This document shows, one piece after another, positions 26,672 to 40,250 of a stretch of 64,000 bases of DNA. The DNA lies in assembly GCF_009914755.1 (NCBI RefSeq), contig NC_060935.1. One strand, written 5' to 3'. Positions within the stretch are counted from its first letter, which is position 1. Each line of letters opens with the position of its first letter. A model generated the notes under the pieces. That model did not search any database. It saw only the letters and a program-made list of their open reading frames with translations, and had not been told where the DNA came from. Position numbers and translations under genes: made by a program. The stretch comes from the human T2T-CHM13v2.0 reference genome, Homo sapiens.

Positions 26672-27728
26672 CTCTAACTTTAGTGGCTTAAAACACACAT
26701 TTTCCCAGTTTCTGTAGGTCAGGAGCCCAGGCATGGCTTGACTGGGTTCTCTGCTCAGTCTTACAAGATTGCCGTCAAGGTGTTGGCCAGGCCGTGTTCT
26801 CACCAGAAAGCTTGACTAAGATCCACTTATAAGCTCACCCACATTGTTGGCAGAAGTCATTTCCTTTTGGTTATATGACTGAGGGCCCCAGCTTTTTGTT
26901 GGATGTTGGCTACAAGCCACTCTCAGGTCCTAACGAGGCTGCCTGCAGTTCCTTGCCACGTGGCTGTCTTTTCATAGGCAGTCCACAACATGCTGCTTCT
27001 CCTTGGCCAGCAGGAAAGCGAGTCATTTAGAGCAGTGGTCCCCAATCTTTTTGGCACCAGGAACCGGTTTTGTGGAAGACAGTTTTTCCACTGACCCGGG
27101 TGGTGGTGTGATGGTTTGGGGATGATTCAAGTGCATTACATTTATTGTGCACTTTATTCCTATTATTATTACATTGTAATATATAATGAAATAGTGATAC
27201 AACCAACTCACCATAATGTAGAATGAGTGGGAGCCCTGAGCTTGTTTTCCTGAAACTAGGTGGGACCGTCTAGTTGGAGATCCCTGACTTAGTTGGGACC
27301 ATCTGTGGGTGATGGGAGACAATGACAGACTATCAGGCATTAGATTCTCCTGAGGAGCCTGCAACCTAGATCCCTTGCACGTGCAGTTCACAGTAGGGTT
27401 TGTGCTCCTGTGAGAATCTAATGCTGCCACTGATCTGATAGGAGGCAGAGCTCAGGCAGTAATGCTCACTCGCCTGCCTGCCTGCTGTGCAGCCTGGCTC
27501 CTAACAGGCCACGTACCAGTACCCATCTGTGGCTCAGGGGTTGGAGACACCTGACTTAGATGTGTCTTATGTGTGTCATAATGGAATAGCACAAGTGATT
27601 CCATCACCTTTGCCATATAGAGGTAAGTCATAGGTCTCACCTACACTTGAGGGGAGGGAATTATACAAAGGAGTGAACACCAGAAGTTAGGATTACTAAG
27701 GTGTCACCAAGGGTCTGTCTGCCACACT
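26672..27728 (-). mobile_element. MLT1-family LTR, split by MER1A
   Basis: ttagtggcttaaaacac..tctgtaggtcaggag..tcaaggtgttggccagg; resumes after 27553 with catcacctttgccata..ggggagggaattataca. Confidence 0.75.
27033..27553. mobile_element. MER1A hAT-Charlie element
   Basis: TIRs cagtggtccccaatc / gggttggagacacctg; ~520 bp; degenerate 8-bp TSD atttagag/acttagat. Confidence 0.88.
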
Positions 27729-27986
27729 GATATACATATACCTTTAACATCTTCAGGAAGTTCATATTTTTAAAATTTTAACACCTACTATGTGCCAGCT
27801 ACTAGAGATGCAAAGAAAACAAGAAATGGTCTCTGCTTCAAGTAGCTCATGGTCTATTGCAAAGACAGATCTTTTAAATATAATTTGGAAGGTGCTATGA
27901 TACAACCGCCTGGCTGGTAAGGGTGCCCAGACAGGTAGGGACCACTTCCTGGAGGAAATGAAATGCAAGTGAGTGTTAAAGGATAG

Positions 27987-28360
<374 letters not shown>

Positions 28361-28982
28361 CCAGAGAAAGGTTTTAAGTGTGAGAGAAGAACCAGGGAGC
28401 AGAATGTTTGAGGGTGAAACTGAAGAAGGAGACAGATGTGAGGCCATGGAGGACTCAGCATGCCATGCTAAGGAGTCTAAACATGTTTTTGGAGATGAAG
28501 AGTTTAAAAAGTAGGATGGGATGCCTTACGTTGAATCCTGGATGGCAGCAGTGTAAACTGGAAATCTCTCTTTGTCATACCATATTCCATACCTAACTAT
28601 ACTGGTCATCTCTTTATACCATGAACCCCAAGACCATCCAGTTGTTTCTCTACCCTGGATTTCGGTCTCCCTGGATAACTGATAACTCTGGAAATAATGA
28701 CCAGCAGGATGGGTTTGACTGCGCAGGAGTTTTTGCCATGACGGTATTTCCTTTGGTAGAATCTGACCTATAGTCTGGTTTGGAGGAGTTTCAAATCTTC
28801 ACGAGAGTGTCAGTTGGCAGGGCCGAGGTGGCAGAGGAGGGTTTCTCTTAAGTGGCATCTCCCCACTCTCCTTGGAAGGTCTTCTCAAGAGTCTCATGAT
28901 ACTAACCCATCCTCCTGGTAGAAAGGCCTCAGCTTAGTTATCCAAGTCCGTGACTTCTTTGTGTTTACTCACATATTCTTTA

Positions 28983-29190
28983 CCCCCATCTCTACCAACA
29001 ACCAAAAATAAAAATAAAAAAATAGCCTGCCATGGTGGCACACACCTGTAGTCCTAGCTACACAGGAGGCTGACACAGGAGGATCACTTGAGGCCAGGAG
29101 GTCGAGGCTGCAGTGAGCTGTGATTATACTGATGCACTTCAGCCTGGGTGAGAGTGAGACACCAACTCCAAAAAATAAAACATAAATAAG
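28983..29190 (+). mobile_element. 5'-truncated AluJ
   Basis: Linker, right monomer and A-rich tail. Confidence 0.85.
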
Positions 29191-29474
29191 TGTTGCTAAC
29201 AAATTACTTACCAAGAAGAGTTACAGAAGAGTGACAGTGGCTCTGTCTGGTCTGCATACGTTTTCTCTGACCCACCAAAGCCGTTAGCCAGAGTCTCCTA
29301 TGTAGCTTTGGGCTGAAACCGTTTCAGAAGGACTAAAAATTACCCAAGTTTAAGTATTTTTAGCTGATTCTAGTGGGTTAGAGAGAAAAGGGGGTGGAAA
29401 TAAGAGAAAAAACAGCTAGTCTCTGTTGTCATCTGCAACCTGAAATCACTCTTCATTTTCATCTGTTTCTCCCA

Positions 29475-29790
<316 letters not shown>

Positions 29791-29791
<1 letters not shown>

Positions 29792-29847
29792 GGTTTTCGC
29801 CATTACCGTCAATGGCAAAAACCACAGTTACTTTTGCACCGACCTAA
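29791..29847. mobile_element. Truncated MADE1 (Hsmar1 MITE)
   Basis: cggttttcgccattaccgtcaatggcaaaaaccacagttacttttgcaccgacctaa followed by TA. Confidence 0.88.
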
Positions 29848-32800
29848 TAACATCTGTGACCTCATTCTGGAATCACCGTGCCCCTGGCTTGCTGTTGTCC
29901 TTGGGTAAGACAGGCTTCTGATCCTCTGTTTCTCAGGAAATAATAATAGTTCACTGCATACAAATGAGAGAGCTTTTGAAACTTACTCCCTCCAGAGATA
30001 TTCAGGTGGGCAGTGATGTTACTACTCTGCCAACTGGGGAGTAAAGGCTTCAGGGATAGCGCTAGTGACTTGATCCGAGGATCTGCGAGGAAGAAGGCAG
30101 CCCTGGCCAGCCTCTCCCCAGAGCCTGACTGTGGACACCAGCTCAGGGCTATCACTCTTCTGTTAGGATACTTCCGCTCAGCAAAAATGCACACCCTCCA
30201 TTGACAGCCTAGAAGACAACAGTGGGAAATGTTGCTTTCTTCTTCTCCACGCCTGCTGAGAGTTCTCATTGACTCCCCACTTTCTTCCTGATCAAATCTA
30301 AACTCCCCTGCCTGGCTCCCAACAATCTGCGTCATGTGCGCTCTTCAGTAGACTCCTGCCACCGTCACCCGTTCCCGGATGGTTTCTACCTCTGCACCTT
30401 TCCTTATGTTATCGCCTTACCTGAGGAGGTTTTCTCTCTCCCTGAATCCCATACATTCCTTAAGACCTTACCAGATGGTTGTAGATTATTTTAGCAGAGA
30501 AAGAATCTGGGTCTTCTGGTCCCCAGTCTCAAAATATTTCTATTAGCATGGAATTTACAGACATTATTCCAGGAAAATTGCAAAGATTGATTAGATAATA
30601 ATGCACAGGCATATGTGCAAAGGTTATTTGTGTTAAGTACCTAATATATGCCAAACATTGTGCTGAGCTCTTCAAATACATTATGTGATATTAATCATTA
30701 TTCTACCCTGTAAGGCCGTTATTACCGCCATTTAAGAGATTGGGAAAGTGAGTTTTAGGATAATTCACTTGTCCACAGTCCCATCGCTAATGAGAGTTTT
30801 GTTCCCAAGAATGTGGTCCCTCCTGTGCCCCTGTGCAAAAACTCATTGATCTTGGGGAGCAGAAAGGCATTGTCTAGATGCTAGAGGGACACATAACAGA
30901 GGCAAAGAGAAATGTGTCTTATTATGTCACCACCCATGGTCTAATGGCTGGTTTCCCAATTACAAACTGCTGCCTCCCTACAGCAGAGGCCAGAGTTCCA
31001 GCCCCTTTTTAGCGAGAACAAAACAAGGCCTCCTATATGGGCTGCTGGGCCCTGCCACATAAAAACATCGGGAAACCTAAACAGCATTTTCCCTGCTAAC
31101 CACCCCCTAAGGAGGGCTGCCTAACAGCCTCTTTATGGGTTGGAAAGCAGAGTCTTGTTGATAGGAGAGAAAGGCCTCCCCCACAGGTTGGAGGCCTTCA
31201 GCTGAAGACTTACTTAAGCCCCCAAATAGCTCAGGAAATTTTTTTTCCCTTTCTCTGATTAGCTTTATAAAAAAACCCAGAGCCTTTTTCTCCCCATTGG
31301 CTGGCCTTGGTGGTAATGTCCCCAGCAGGCTTGCTATCCCATTGATTGTGGGATGTGCAGCTCTCACACTGGACAACAGCTGAAAGCAGAGGCCATTAAC
31401 CCCACCTAACTGAAAGGGTTCACCACCAGGAGACTGATTCTGAAATTGAGTCTTTGTGATCAATATATCTTTCTCCATTAGTTTCATTTCCTCTAAAGGA
31501 AATGTGTAGAGCCATTATGGTTGATATTTACTGACAGGCTTCTCTACTGCCCTCCCTCAGCCTCATGGGGAGAAGGCTAGGGGAGAGGGGGCAAGACTTC
31601 GGAGATGAGATTGTTCAGCTGAACTGCCCAGGCTCTTTGCAAGCCTATTTTACTGGCCTTGGTGATAAAAAGTAGCTGGACTTCCTTGTATGAAAGTGAT
31701 AGAATAAATAATCTTATTATGTAGGAAAGAGTGACCAACTCTATCGGGTACAGAAAAGGGTGGCGTAAGTTTGAGTGTCGTTGGAAGGAGTTTGGACTCG
31801 TGGAAAAACTTTCTGAGTGCAAGGGCCATTAGGCAACCAAGAGACATTGCTGGATCTCCTATTCTTAATATCCATGAGAAGAGGAAAAATCCTTCAAAAG
31901 TCATGGATGGTCTAAAGTACAGTCTTATCTAGCCATAAGGAGAAATAGGCAGGATGGTCCTAAGATCCTTTGCAGCCAAGGAATCACTATCACTTACGGT
32001 TGTTTCTGAGGACCTCAAAACACTTTATCGATGTCACATCTTTCTCCATCTCCCTGTGGGCTTGTAATCACTTCCTTTCTGAAAACGAAAAAAACGAGAG
32101 CACCAAGTAAGAAATGACTTCCTTTGGGAAAAAGACACATACCCATGTTCCAGCTCCTGCAAGAACCTGCTAGAGCAGCTGTATGTGGCCAGTCCCTGAT
32201 TTTGCTTTAGCCTGGAAGGCTTGGCTGAAATACCACTGCTTCCCCTCCTTGGCTTGCGCAGCTCTTAGCTATTCCCCCAAGGCTTCCCAACACTTACTTG
32301 ACCTCTGTTGATGAAAGGTGGGACTGAATTGCGTGGATCTTATTGGCCACTGGTAGCTGAAAGAGTGACCGTATCAGAAACTGAAGTCTCAACTAACAGA
32401 CAGTGGTAGATGAGAGGTGCTGTAGTACGTGAATTCAGGGAATTAGGTTGGTTACTCTACCAGCATCTTCCATCCTTGGTCACTGGAGTGCCTGGAATCA
32501 GGCTGGCTCTAATTCTGCCCATCCTCACACCCAACTGCTCTGCACACGGAGTAGACTCCATTCCTGGAACCAGCCTAAGCCAACAGAAGAGAAAAAGGAA
32601 GCATGCTGATTTTAGTGTGGGGTGGAACTGAACCTTTGCCAAAGAAAAAAGGTAGAATCCAAGAGGAATGGGTATTTAGCAAAAGCCTAGAAGCAAGTCA
32701 GTTCTGCTGCATAGAAAAAAAAAAATGTAGGGGGAAGCTATCCTTTTTAGATTAACAGGATTTTTTGTTTTATAGTCATAAAAGCCCTTTTTTTTTTTCA

Positions 32801-33964
32801 TGTCTAGACTTGCACCCACAGAGACTAGGTTCGGTTTTATTCATTTTTGTCTTTGGAAGATAAGAAGGAAAGCCTCTGCTGATTTAGCCAAGGTAAATGT
32901 CAGGGGCACAGGCCCTAAGACAGAGAGGCAGTGAAATTTTCAATATCCTCAACTTCCTCTAATGCCAAGAAGCCCCATTCCAGCCTGGAAGGCACCAAGG
33001 GTCTGGAGTAGAGCTCCATGATTGTGCCTAAGGAGAGGCTTATTGGCCACTTCTCACTGGGTTTCCAGGGAAGGACGGGCACTTGCGACGCTTCCCACTG
33101 AGCCCTGGGCTCAGTGCTTTGACACTGGAGAGTGGGACTCTTGCTTTGACCTGAGACTCAAGGATTCCAGCTCATCCAAGTGACTTAGAGGGTGAAGGGG
33201 AACAAAGAGTTGGCCTGGCTGCTTGCTCACACCCCTCCATGACAGGACACAGCAGGTACATTAGAAGAGGAGTGGCAACTTTTTCATGAGGTTGAGTTCC
33301 ACCTCAGTGGAGGAAGAAGTTTAGCAGACTAGAAGTGGTTGATAATTAATTAACCACTCTGGCAACCACCGCCTGATGGATCTCTGGCTCTCAGCCCATT
33401 GGGTTACTGGATGCTTTGTGCCTAGCCCTTATCTCCATATAAGTCTTTTGGAAGCCTCATGCCTGGGAGCTCACGTATGTTTTAAGTCCTGGACCTGGTG
33501 CCCAGGCTGCTCCTGGGCTATGATTGTGGCTTTAGTGTCTTCACCCTCCCTTTACACAGCTTCATGTAACATAGTCTCACTCCTATGCCATTGCCTGTGG
33601 CCACTCTGCACATCATTTCCTGCTCAGCTTAAAATTGTAACAGGTTAGGCCTTACCTGAGGTATGCAGTCTCCTGTATTAATCACCCAGCGTGGCTGGTG
33701 CACTGCAGAAAAGTGATGGCCTTTCACTAGGCTGTGAAAGCTGCCTGTCCTAAGGGAAGAAGCGAAAGGAGAGGGGCAGGATAGCAGCTGTGGATACCCA
33801 GGGTCCTTCTCAGTGGAATGAGTTGAGGGAGAAGCATCTCCAAGTGAAATGGAGGCCTCCATGAGTCAAGAGCTATCATGAACTGCCTATCTTATTCTGC
33901 CAGGAATATAGACATAGTTGCCAATTAGGAGAAGCAGCACAAGTGATATAAAATAGGATATAGT

Positions 33965-34694
<730 letters not shown>

Positions 34695-34697
34695 CTA

Positions 34698-34980
34698 GGC
34701 CGGGCGCAGTGGCTCACGCCTGTAATCCCAGCACTTTGGGAAGCCGAGGTGGGCGGATCACGAGGTCACGAGATCGAGACCAGCCTGACCAACATGGTGA
34801 AACCGCGTCTCTACTAAAAATACAAAAATTAGCTGGGCATAGTGGCTCATGCCTGTAATCCCAGCTACTCGGGAGGCTGAGGCAGGAGAATTGCTTGAAC
34901 CCGGGAAGCGGAGGTCGCAGTGAGTGAGAATGCATCCAGCCTGGTGACAGAGCAAGACTCCGTCTCAAAAAAAAAAAAAA
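34698..34980 (+). mobile_element. Alu (S-like) with small 3' internal deletion
   Basis: Alu consensus; TSD agtaatctct. Confidence 0.95.
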
Positions 34981-34997
34981 GTAATCTCTGATAGTAA

Positions 34998-35321
<324 letters not shown>

Positions 35322-36129
35322 CCTTATGCTCTTTTTGTATTTCAAGGGAATGCTATCGGTTAACTAAGGGACAAAACTTTACCACAGAGAGGCAAGCTCG
35401 CTTTTCCCAAGCCACACAGCACAGAGGACTAAGAAGGAGATTTTCAAAGCTCTGACTGTGCAGTCAGGTCTCATTGGGCAGCATTCACAGAGGAAGAGAA
35501 GCAGCCAGATGGGACAGGTACTGTAGAGACAGGCAGGGTGGGCAAGAATGTTGCTCTGGAGTCAGAAGCAGCTGAGTTACAAACCTGGGGACCTTCACAT
35601 AGTGCACTCCTCAAGAGCAAGGCCAATGTCTTAATGATGTCTCTGTGTTTATTTGGACCTTAAACATGGACCTCAGGTGCTGAATAAATGACTCTTGACT
35701 TGTAGCGGTTGACTTGCATGACTGTCGTGTGGCCTGAAACCTCAGTTTCCTCATCTGTAATAGGATAAAAATGACTGCTAGCCTGGGAGCCCTCCTGAGT
35801 AGTTTGCTATCTGGGACGATTTTCATGCATCCTTCTTGGGAGAGATTTTTCCCTCCACAAATCTCAAGCTGCCTTCAGTCCTGTTGCCACATTGCTTAAC
35901 TGAGAAAGTACAGGGAACAGAGAAGTAGATATCTCAGACCTGATTGGCTCCATTTGGTGACTAGATACAGACAGTGTCCTTCCCACCACCACGGCCAATG
36001 ACTCTCCTGTCAAGAGGGCGCTCTGTGGAGAAGCAGAAATGCTGTGTCCGTGAGGGCTGTCTGGATGGCATGAGGTTTCAAATACCATATTGCAGTCAGG
36101 AGTTTTGGGTACTGAATCATGTATTTACT

Positions 36130-36177
36130 CATATATATATATGAGTATATTAAAAAAGAAAAAGATAGAGATATATA

Positions 36178-36231
<54 letters not shown>
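36130..36231. repeat. Compound (TA)n/(TG)n microsatellite
   Basis: Seen directly. Confidence 0.95.
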
Positions 36232-36232
<1 letters not shown>

Positions 36233-36515
36233 TTGAGACTGAGCCTCACTCTATCGCCCACGCTGGAGTGCAGTGGCACAATCTCGGCTTGCTGCAACTT
36301 CTGCCTCCCTGGTTCAAGTGATTCTCATGCCTCAGCCTCCCAAGTAGCTGGGATTATAGGCAGCCACCACCAGGCCCAGCTAATTTTTGTATTTTTGGTA
36401 GAGACAGGGTTTCACCATGTTGACCAGGCTGGTCTCAAACTCCTGATCTCAGTGATCCACCTACCTTGGCCTCCCAAAGTGCTGGGATTACAGGTGTGAG
36501 CCACCGTGCCCAGCC
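36232..36515 (-). mobile_element. Alu (S-like)
   Basis: Alu consensus; TSD tatttactcatatat encloses the microsatellite. Confidence 0.95.
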
Positions 36516-36735
36516 TATTTACTCATATATTTACAAAACAAAATTAAACATCTGACCCTCTCAAGATTGACAACTACTCAGTACACTGATTTATGGACTT
36601 TTAATCACAACGTCTAAAACCAACCCCTGTTACGGGACAACCAGAGATGACTTGACTGCTGGCCGTTCAGGGCAGAGCCACCAGGTGCATGGAGGTTTCT
36701 AACAATACCAGCTTCATAAGTTTGTCATGAGGTAG

Positions 36736-37128
36736 CTTAGTCCATTTTTATTACTATAAAGGAATACCTGAGGCTGGGTAATCTATAAAGAAAAGAGGAT
36801 TATTTGGCTCTCAGTTCTGCAGACTATATGGGAGGCATGACTCCAGCATCTGCTTCTGTCAAGAACCTCAGGAAGCTTCCACTCATGACAGAAGGCAAAG
36901 GAAGGAGACATATGGAGAGAAGAAGGGAGAGAGAGAGGGGAGAAGCTGCCAGGCTCTTTTCAACAACCAGCTCCCGTGAAAACAAAGAGTGAGAACTTAC
37001 TCCCAGAAGACTGGCTCCAAGCCATTCATGAGCAATCCACTTCCATGATCCAAACGCCTCCCACCAGGCCCCACCTCCAACATTGGGGATCAAATTTCAA
37101 CATGAGACTTGGTGGGGTCAAGCAATGC
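36736..37128 (-). mobile_element. MaLR LTR (MSTA/MSTB-like)
   Basis: cttagtccatt..ctataaaggaatacctgaggctgggtaat..ccccacctccaacattggggatcaaatttcaacatgaga. Confidence 0.88.
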
Positions 37129-38940
37129 CATGCCATAAAGGTTTAAAGTCTGAAGTGCCTGGTACATAAAGACCCTCAATTATGATAGACTCCCTTATCC
37201 TCATTTTTCTTCTACTAGAGAAACAAATAGATGGAGAGTCACCTGTGTGCCCTCTGTTCTCAAGATGGCCGCCAGCCCCAGGCACTCTGTTGAGCAGCCT
37301 CAGAGCATCCTGTGAGGATGTTCATGACTGATTCAGCAGTTCACAGAGCACAACAAAAGGCTGTGGTATTTCTACCTAAAACTACTTTATGAAAAAGTGT
37401 TGTTTTCCAAATATACCCCAAAAGAATACCTCCATCTTCCGTTGTGGCAACAATGACCACTGTGTGGCTGGACTCTTCAACCAGGGAAAAGAGGAGTTGG
37501 GTTCTACCTCAGTTTACCCATCCCCCAGTTCATTGCCGACTTTTAAACTGATTTTGAGGGAGAAGAATGAGGCATCTGATTAATTAGGTCATCTTTTAAT
37601 TGAATTCAAACTGTTAGGTGTGGAAAATTTAACAAGTGGTATCCAGGAGGTTGAGAACATTTTTTAAAATATTGTAGTTCGTATTAAATGTTTCCAAATG
37701 TAAGATCATCTTAGCTACATGAAGGAAAGATATAATTTAATATTGGTTGCATAGGGAATTTCATCCACTTGAAGGATTACATGCTTGACCCTGTGCCTTC
37801 CCATTTCCTAAGTGAACAAGTCCTTGGTCACAGAGAACCAATGCATGGAGCAGGTACAGTGCCTACCGCCACGCATGTGAGTCCACCAGCAATGCAAAGT
37901 CAAGGACAATACAGCTCCAAGTAACTGGAAAGCTCAACCAATTAGTTTTCTACTTAATTGAATCAAAGTCTTACTATTTTGAGGGAATATGTTTTTCATT
38001 CCGTTATCCTACATCTTGTCTCTTGCTTTTTACTGCAGGTGTCAGATATTTGAGTTTTATCAAATGGCACTAAAATAGGGGAACTCTCCTCTGAAGGCAT
38101 ATGCTGAGCACCCCTAGAGAACCTGCTGGTCTGGGATAACCTATCCCTCTGAGTCGGGGATGTCTTAAGTGTTTTTTTTTTTTTGACCATAGCATTGAGT
38201 GATTTGGGAGCAGAAGGTATTCCTTAGACAGGAAATAGGAGCTCAATAGATGGCCCAAAAGAAGTGTCTGGATTACAAACGCAAAGAGACAAGAAAGTGC
38301 AGTCAAGCCAACAAAGAAAACGGCAGCTAACAAGACTGGTTGTGTCTCTTTAATGATACCTGGTCCCACTATTCGCCTGGAACAATACTAAGCTCACTGT
38401 CACTGTCACCCCCAGCCCCAACTTGTTTCTACTCCTGCATTTTCATTCAGAGAGTGTCTCCACCACCCACATAAATATTCAAGCTGCAGTGCCAGATTAG
38501 TCTCAGCTTTATTCAGTCAACCATCGAAACATCATTGCCAATATCCTCATTGTCACTGCCTCAGTTCAACCTCTCAATGTGTTCTTCCCACCTATTGTCA
38601 AGGCCTTCTAGCCTCCCAGCATCCAGCTTATCTCTCTGAAATGTATCCTTCAATGCAAGCAAATCTGAACATGCCTCTCTAGCTTAATTTGAGATCAGGT
38701 CCAAGCTCTAAAGTGACGCATAAGGCCTTTGCGAGTGATCTCCCACTTACGTTTTCAGGTATCTGCAAAGGCCTTTATCTTTACCCTCATCCAGCTTTAC
38801 AGTTTTGGCCCTAGCATTACCAAGCTTGGATTTTCCTGCACATGCAGTGCTGTCTCTGGCTTTCATCTGTTTGCTGGTGCCATTCTCTCTACTTCAGATG
38901 TCCTTCTGCTTTCCTTTCTTTCTCTAGTCAGCTCTTACTT

Positions 38941-39250
<310 letters not shown>

Positions 39251-39329
39251 TCTTACTTAGCTTTTAAGGTCCAGATCAAGCATCATTTCTTTTAGGAAAG
39301 AGTCCTAAACTTTCTCAGCCCACAACCCC

Positions 39330-39455
39330 TTAGTGTCCAATAATTTTTACATAGAGCCTGTGGGCCAACAAAAATACCAACAGTTCTGTTTATTTAGTAG
39401 TTAGATCTAAACACCTTAATAAGTATTTATGTCCTGGCAACTTAAGAGCTGTGTT

Positions 39456-39500
<45 letters not shown>

Positions 39501-39890
39501 ATAATAATCACCTTTTTATTCTTAAATAACCACAGCTACTTACTAATGGGATGTGTGTGTCTGTGGGGCACTGCACAACTGCCCCAGCCTTAGGATCAGT
39601 TGGGGCACTGCCACTCTCATTGCCTGTTCCACATTGATTTTCGCTGGATACTTGGTTTTTATTACAACAGTTGCTAAAACTGCAGCTTCACCAAGATAGG
39701 ACCTCAAGAATGCAGCCCAGTCTGATATTGTGAACTCTAACTACCTCAAGCTAGAAGCTTATGTGGTGTTCAACAGATGATGAGTATTGCTGTGTTTCTC
39801 TTATAACATTTAAAATATCCAGTGGCACCTCTTTGAGTCTGCTGTGGCGTTCTGACCTAGAGTAGCTTGGTGTACAATTTGAGAGCCTCA
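39330..39890. mobile_element. Old hAT-Charlie-like DNA transposon fragment
   Basis: Resembles recalled Charlie internal sequence (cttaaataaccaca..ttactaatgggatgtgtgtg..ttccacattgattttc); family uncertain. Confidence 0.45.
39459..39496. repeat. (AC)~19 microsatellite
   Basis: Seen directly. Confidence 0.97.
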
Positions 39891-40126
39891 GGCTTGGGAA
39901 CTCCCCACTACGGAGGTGGGCCCACCGTGAGCTCTCTTGACACCCTGCACGTCTGCGTCATGGCCCTTGGCATATTGCATTGTAAGAAGCTGCTTTTGTA
40001 TCTGACTCTCTGAGGCTGTGAGCTCTCTAAGGGTAGGGACCATACCTTCCTCCTCTTTGTACATCCCGTGATAATTCAGGGGTTTTGTTTTTGGTTTTCA
40101 TTTGGTTTCCTGATAAGCGTTCCTTA

Positions 40127-40250
40127 GGAGAAGAAGAAAAAAGAGAGTAGAAGGAAAAGAAAGAAGGGAGAGGAGGGAGGGAAAGAAGGAAGGAAGAAAG
40201 AGAGAGAGGGAAGGAGGAAGAGGAGGGAGGGAAAGCAGAAAGAAGGAAAG
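40127..40250. repeat. Polypurine (GA-rich) tract
   Basis: ~120 bp almost entirely A/G. Confidence 0.9.
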
